64,000 bases of DNA from sequence record PP355766.1; one strand, 5' to 3'. Made by a program: the position numbers and the translations under genes. Shown here piece after piece: positions 61,728-64,000 of the stretch. The notes under the pieces are model-generated. The model was not told the origin of the DNA. It saw only the letters and a program-made list of their open reading frames with translations, and made no database searches. Within the stretch, counting starts at the first letter, position 1, and each line of letters starts with the position of its first letter.

Positions 61728-61771
61728 GATTTAACAACCAAAGCGCTTTCGTCCATTTAAGCTACAAGGCC
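61728..61771 (-). pseudogene. 5'-half tRNA relic (acceptor strand, D arm, TT-GTT-AA loop)
   Basis: GGCCTTG-TA-GCTT-AAATGGACGA-AAGC-G-CTTTGG-TTGTTAA, with no 3' half following. Confidence 0.5.
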
Positions 61772-61782
61772 TTTATGCCGCC

Positions 61783-61827
61783 TGTTGCGTACGCGGGATT
61801 CGAACCCGGATCTCTTTGATTGTCAAA
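61783..61827 (-). pseudogene. 3'-half tRNA relic (T arm plus acceptor strand)
   Basis: TCAAAG-AGATC-CGGG-TTCGAAT-CCCG-CGTACGC-AACA, with no 5' half upstream. Confidence 0.5.
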
Positions 61828-61829
61828 AT

Positions 61830-61917
61830 TGGTGGGGGAAGATGGAGTCGAACCACCCGAGCCGCAATGGCAACGATTTTACAGACCGCTCTGCTACCAC
61901 TTACAGAATATTCCCCC
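61830..61917 (-). tRNA. tRNA-Tyr(GTA)
   Basis: Class II with variable arm, CT-GTA-AA, CCA. Confidence 0.93.
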
Positions 61918-61989
61918 GTATTTGAAGAAGCTCTCGTGAGAACCTCTTCAAATACCTCGTCGAAACGAGATATTTGCTAACTTATTGTG

Positions 61990-62145
61990 ACTAGGGCTGA
62001 CCCTTGTGTCCGAGGATACCTCTAGACGGTCATATCTCTTAGCCCAGAGAGAAACTAGCTTTGGGTGTTTCGGGGTTACTCCTTCTCGGCTCTACTGTTA
62101 ACCCTTATTCGAACTACATACCGAGTTATGAGCGTACTCACTAGT
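61990..62145 (-). ncRNA. Candidate multibranch ncRNA between tRNA-Asp and tRNA-Tyr
   Basis: ACTAG/CTAGT closing; TGAG-TACG-CTCA, CTCGG/CCGAG, CCCA/TGGG and TGACC/GGTCA helices; no ORF. Confidence 0.5.
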
Positions 62146-62151
62146 TTAAAT

Positions 62152-62228
62152 TGGCGCGGCTAACGGGATTCGAACCCGTGGCTCCGACGTGACAGGCCGG
62201 TATGTTGACCGCTGAACACCATAGCCGC
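62152..62228 (-). tRNA. tRNA-Asp(GTC)
   Basis: Cloverleaf, CT-GTC-AC, G73, CCA. Confidence 0.95.
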
Positions 62229-62236
62229 TTAATTTG

Positions 62237-62350
62237 TTATTCCGGTTCGTATTCCATTAAGTCGTCTGACTCACAAGTTGGACACTCCCAATGGCATTCA
62301 CTTAACTCACCACAATCGGAACAAATGTATAACTTAACTTCATCTTCCAT
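62237..62350 (-). CDS. Rubredoxin-like Zn-ribbon microprotein (37 aa)
   Basis: MEDEVKLYICSDCGELSECHWECPTCESDDLMEYEPE; GAGG RBS; first after the promoter. Confidence 0.7.
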   Translation of the reverse strand: MEDEVKLYICSDCGELSECHWECPTCESDDLMEYEPE

Positions 62351-62380
62351 TTGCTTTTCCTCTTTCGTTTCAATATAAAT

Positions 62381-62409
62381 ATTATACTAAATTTCAGGGT
62401 ACTAGGCAA
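62381..62409 (-). promoter_or_regulatory. T5-type promoter driving the Asp-Tyr-Asn-Cys-Lys-Phe RNA operon
   Basis: AAAAATTCAT-TTGCCT-N17-TATAAT. Confidence 0.85.
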
Positions 62410-62421
62410 ATGAATTTTTCA

Positions 62422-62637
62422 TTAATCGTCTTCTTCGTCCCATGAGAGGGAGTGCATGAAGATCGGTAGAACTGTAGGTTCTACGTCAAGCGACGGGTAG
62501 AAGTAAGTTTTACCTTGAGACAGGTCAATGAACGTAGGGGTTCTACCCTCCTGCATGTGTTCATCAACCTTGTCTAGGGCGTCGTTTAACAGTTCGAAGC
62601 AGTCAGTATTCGCTCCGCAAACAACGATAAAATCCAT
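62422..62637 (-). CDS. Acidic hypothetical protein
   Basis: 71 aa. Confidence 0.7.
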   Translation of the reverse strand: MDFIVVCGANTDCFELLNDALDKVDEHMQEGRTPTFIDLSQGKTYFYPSLDVEPTVLPIFMHSLSWDEEDD

Positions 62638-63011
62638 TAACGACCCCCGTTCGGGAAACCGGAGGCAAGCAGGAAGCGAACAACGTCTTCCAGCGACGGG
62701 CCTTCTCCATCTTCTTCCAGATGGAAAGGCAGAATAGCGTACTGCATGTCAGCTGGTGCTACCGGGGTGAAGGTAGGCTCTGCGGGAGCTTCTGCCATGA
62801 ACACTGCGGTTCCGTCAACCAGACGATCGATCGCTTCACAGACTTCTAGCTGTTCTTCGATCTTGGCCTCGCGTTCGCGCATCAGAGCCAGCAGTTCAGT
62901 GCGGTATTCTTCGATACGGCGGTCTAGAGACTCGATGTTATTGGACAGGTTATCCTGTACAATCATCAGGCGGACTACAGCAGAATTTCCATTAGTTGGT
63001 CGTGTAAACAT
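62637..63011 (-). CDS. Coiled-coil hypothetical protein
   Basis: 124 aa. Confidence 0.75.
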   Translation of the reverse strand: MFTRPTNGNSAVVRLMIVQDNLSNNIESLDRRIEEYRTELLALMREREAKIEEQLEVCEAIDRLVDGTAVFMAEAPAEPTFTPVAPADMQYAILPFHLEEDGEGPSLEDVVRFLLASGFPNGGR

Positions 63012-63031
63012 GATATTTCCTCGATTGATTA

Positions 63032-63304
63032 TTAGATAAAGTCGCCGGTAGAGACTACCAGTTTAATGCTTTTACGGAAGATTTCGTGCATACCGTCGTG
63101 AACCATTACTGTCCCGACCAGTTTTGGAAGGTAGACTTCCACATCAATATTACCATATGGCATGGCGTGCTCGTCAGTAAGTTTAGTCCATAACTCCGGC
63201 TGAAGCTCGCAGTTATAGAACACCATCCATTCATGATCACCATCCCATCCGTCCCAGTTAAGAACCAGTGCGGATTCAATACCTGTTGCAGTAACCTTTG
63301 ACAT
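63032..63304 (-). CDS. Hypothetical protein
   Basis: 90 aa; GAGGAG RBS. Confidence 0.75.
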   Translation of the reverse strand: MSKVTATGIESALVLNWDGWDGDHEWMVFYNCELQPELWTKLTDEHAMPYGNIDVEVYLPKLVGTVMVHDGMHEIFRKSIKLVVSTGDFI

Positions 63305-63335
63305 TTGCTAACTCCTCTCGTTAATTTATGAATCT

Positions 63336-63364
63336 ATTATAGCAATTATAAGAGCGTTTAGCAA
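63336..63364 (-). promoter_or_regulatory. T5 PN25-like promoter
   Basis: TTGCTA-N17-TATAATAGATTCATAAATT. Confidence 0.9.
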
Positions 63365-63542
63365 ATGAATTTTTGAATTATCCGCTCCGAAGAGCGGTAA
63401 TCCAGGCTTGCAGCTGTTAGTTACACTTGGTTTGAAGTTGTCTAGGACATTAACTAGAGGTTGATGGCCTCCCCGTTTCTGCAACTAACATTTCACAGCT
63501 TCTCGGACGTTTGACGGCCCTGACCGAAGTCTCACTGTAAAT

Positions 63543-63618
63543 TGGTACTTGCTGCTGGTTTCGAACCAGCTACCCTCGCCGTGTAAAGACGATGCTCTCC
63601 CGATTGAGCTAAGCAAGT
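63543..63618 (-). tRNA. tRNA-Val(TAC)
   Basis: Cloverleaf, TT-TAC-AC, CCA. Confidence 0.95.
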
Positions 63619-63621
63619 ATT

Positions 63622-63698
63622 TGGTGGTCAATAGTGGATTCGAACCACTGTAGTCTCACGTATGAAGCGAGTGCATAAACCATCTCTGCCAACTGACC
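63622..63698 (-). tRNA. tRNA with CAT anticodon (Met elongator or Ile2)
   Basis: Cloverleaf, TT-CAT-AC, G1-C72 paired, CCA. Confidence 0.9.
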
Positions 63699-63703
63699 TT
63701 ATT

Positions 63704-63779
63704 TGGTACTCCGAACTGGACTCGAACCAGTGACCTAACGATTATCGGTCGTTTGCTCTACCAACTGAGCTATCGAAGC
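63704..63779 (-). tRNA. tRNA-Ile(GAT)
   Basis: Cloverleaf, CC-GAT-AA (C33), CCA. Confidence 0.92.
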
Positions 63780-63780
63780 A

Positions 63781-63939
63781 TTATTGTTCCTGCTGGCGGA
63801 CGCAGATTTCCTCGTCCGGGTGTATTTTAGCGATCCTAGCGTCTTCCTCGGCTTCATTGTAGGTGTCGTGAAAAGCCGGTGCCAAGAATACAATCTCTTT
63901 TGTGTGGGTATTAATTAGCATACCTTGATAGCGAGTCAT
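63781..63939 (-). CDS. Microprotein (52 aa, MTRYQGMLINTH…)
   Basis: GAGGT RBS; hand-translated. Confidence 0.6.
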   Translation of the reverse strand: MTRYQGMLINTHTKEIVFLAPAFHDTYNEAEEDARIAKIHPDEEICVRQQEQ

Positions 63940-64000
63940 AGTTACCTCAACGTTTACCATTACGAGGTGCTCCGGGACGTTTAGCAGCCCTCAACATGGA

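Overview
64-kb slice of a lytic T5-like siphophage (Demerecviridae). The giant central fibre suggests a Klebsiella-type Sugarlandvirus relative, but the host is an inference. The assembly is circularly permuted across the physical genome ends. Order on the minus strand: late tail, head and packaging genes (1-27.1 kb, including a >1917-aa pb4-like fibre that runs off the left edge and is missing from the ORF track); the terminal-repeat first-step-transfer (FST) region with dmp, A1, A2 and the injection-stop repeat zone (about 28-39 kb); early genes including the lysis cassette (39-58.6 kb); and part of the tRNA cluster (58.6-64 kb, 14 canonical-looking tRNAs). The least explained signals are non-coding. 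(i) A 42-bp inverted repeat of DnaA box plus near-perfect LexA (SOS) box brackets a 3.9-kb FST gene block. (ii) Two promoter-driven, ORF-free structured RNAs flank the injection-stop zone (33297-33423 and 39066-39177). (iii) The tRNA operon contains CCA-ending tRNA mimics and multibranch RNAs, best seen in a 135-nt tRNA-like RNA whose anticodon loop is replaced by a branched domain (60835-60969). All homology calls are from memory of T5 proteins and motif reading; no database search or RNA folding was run.
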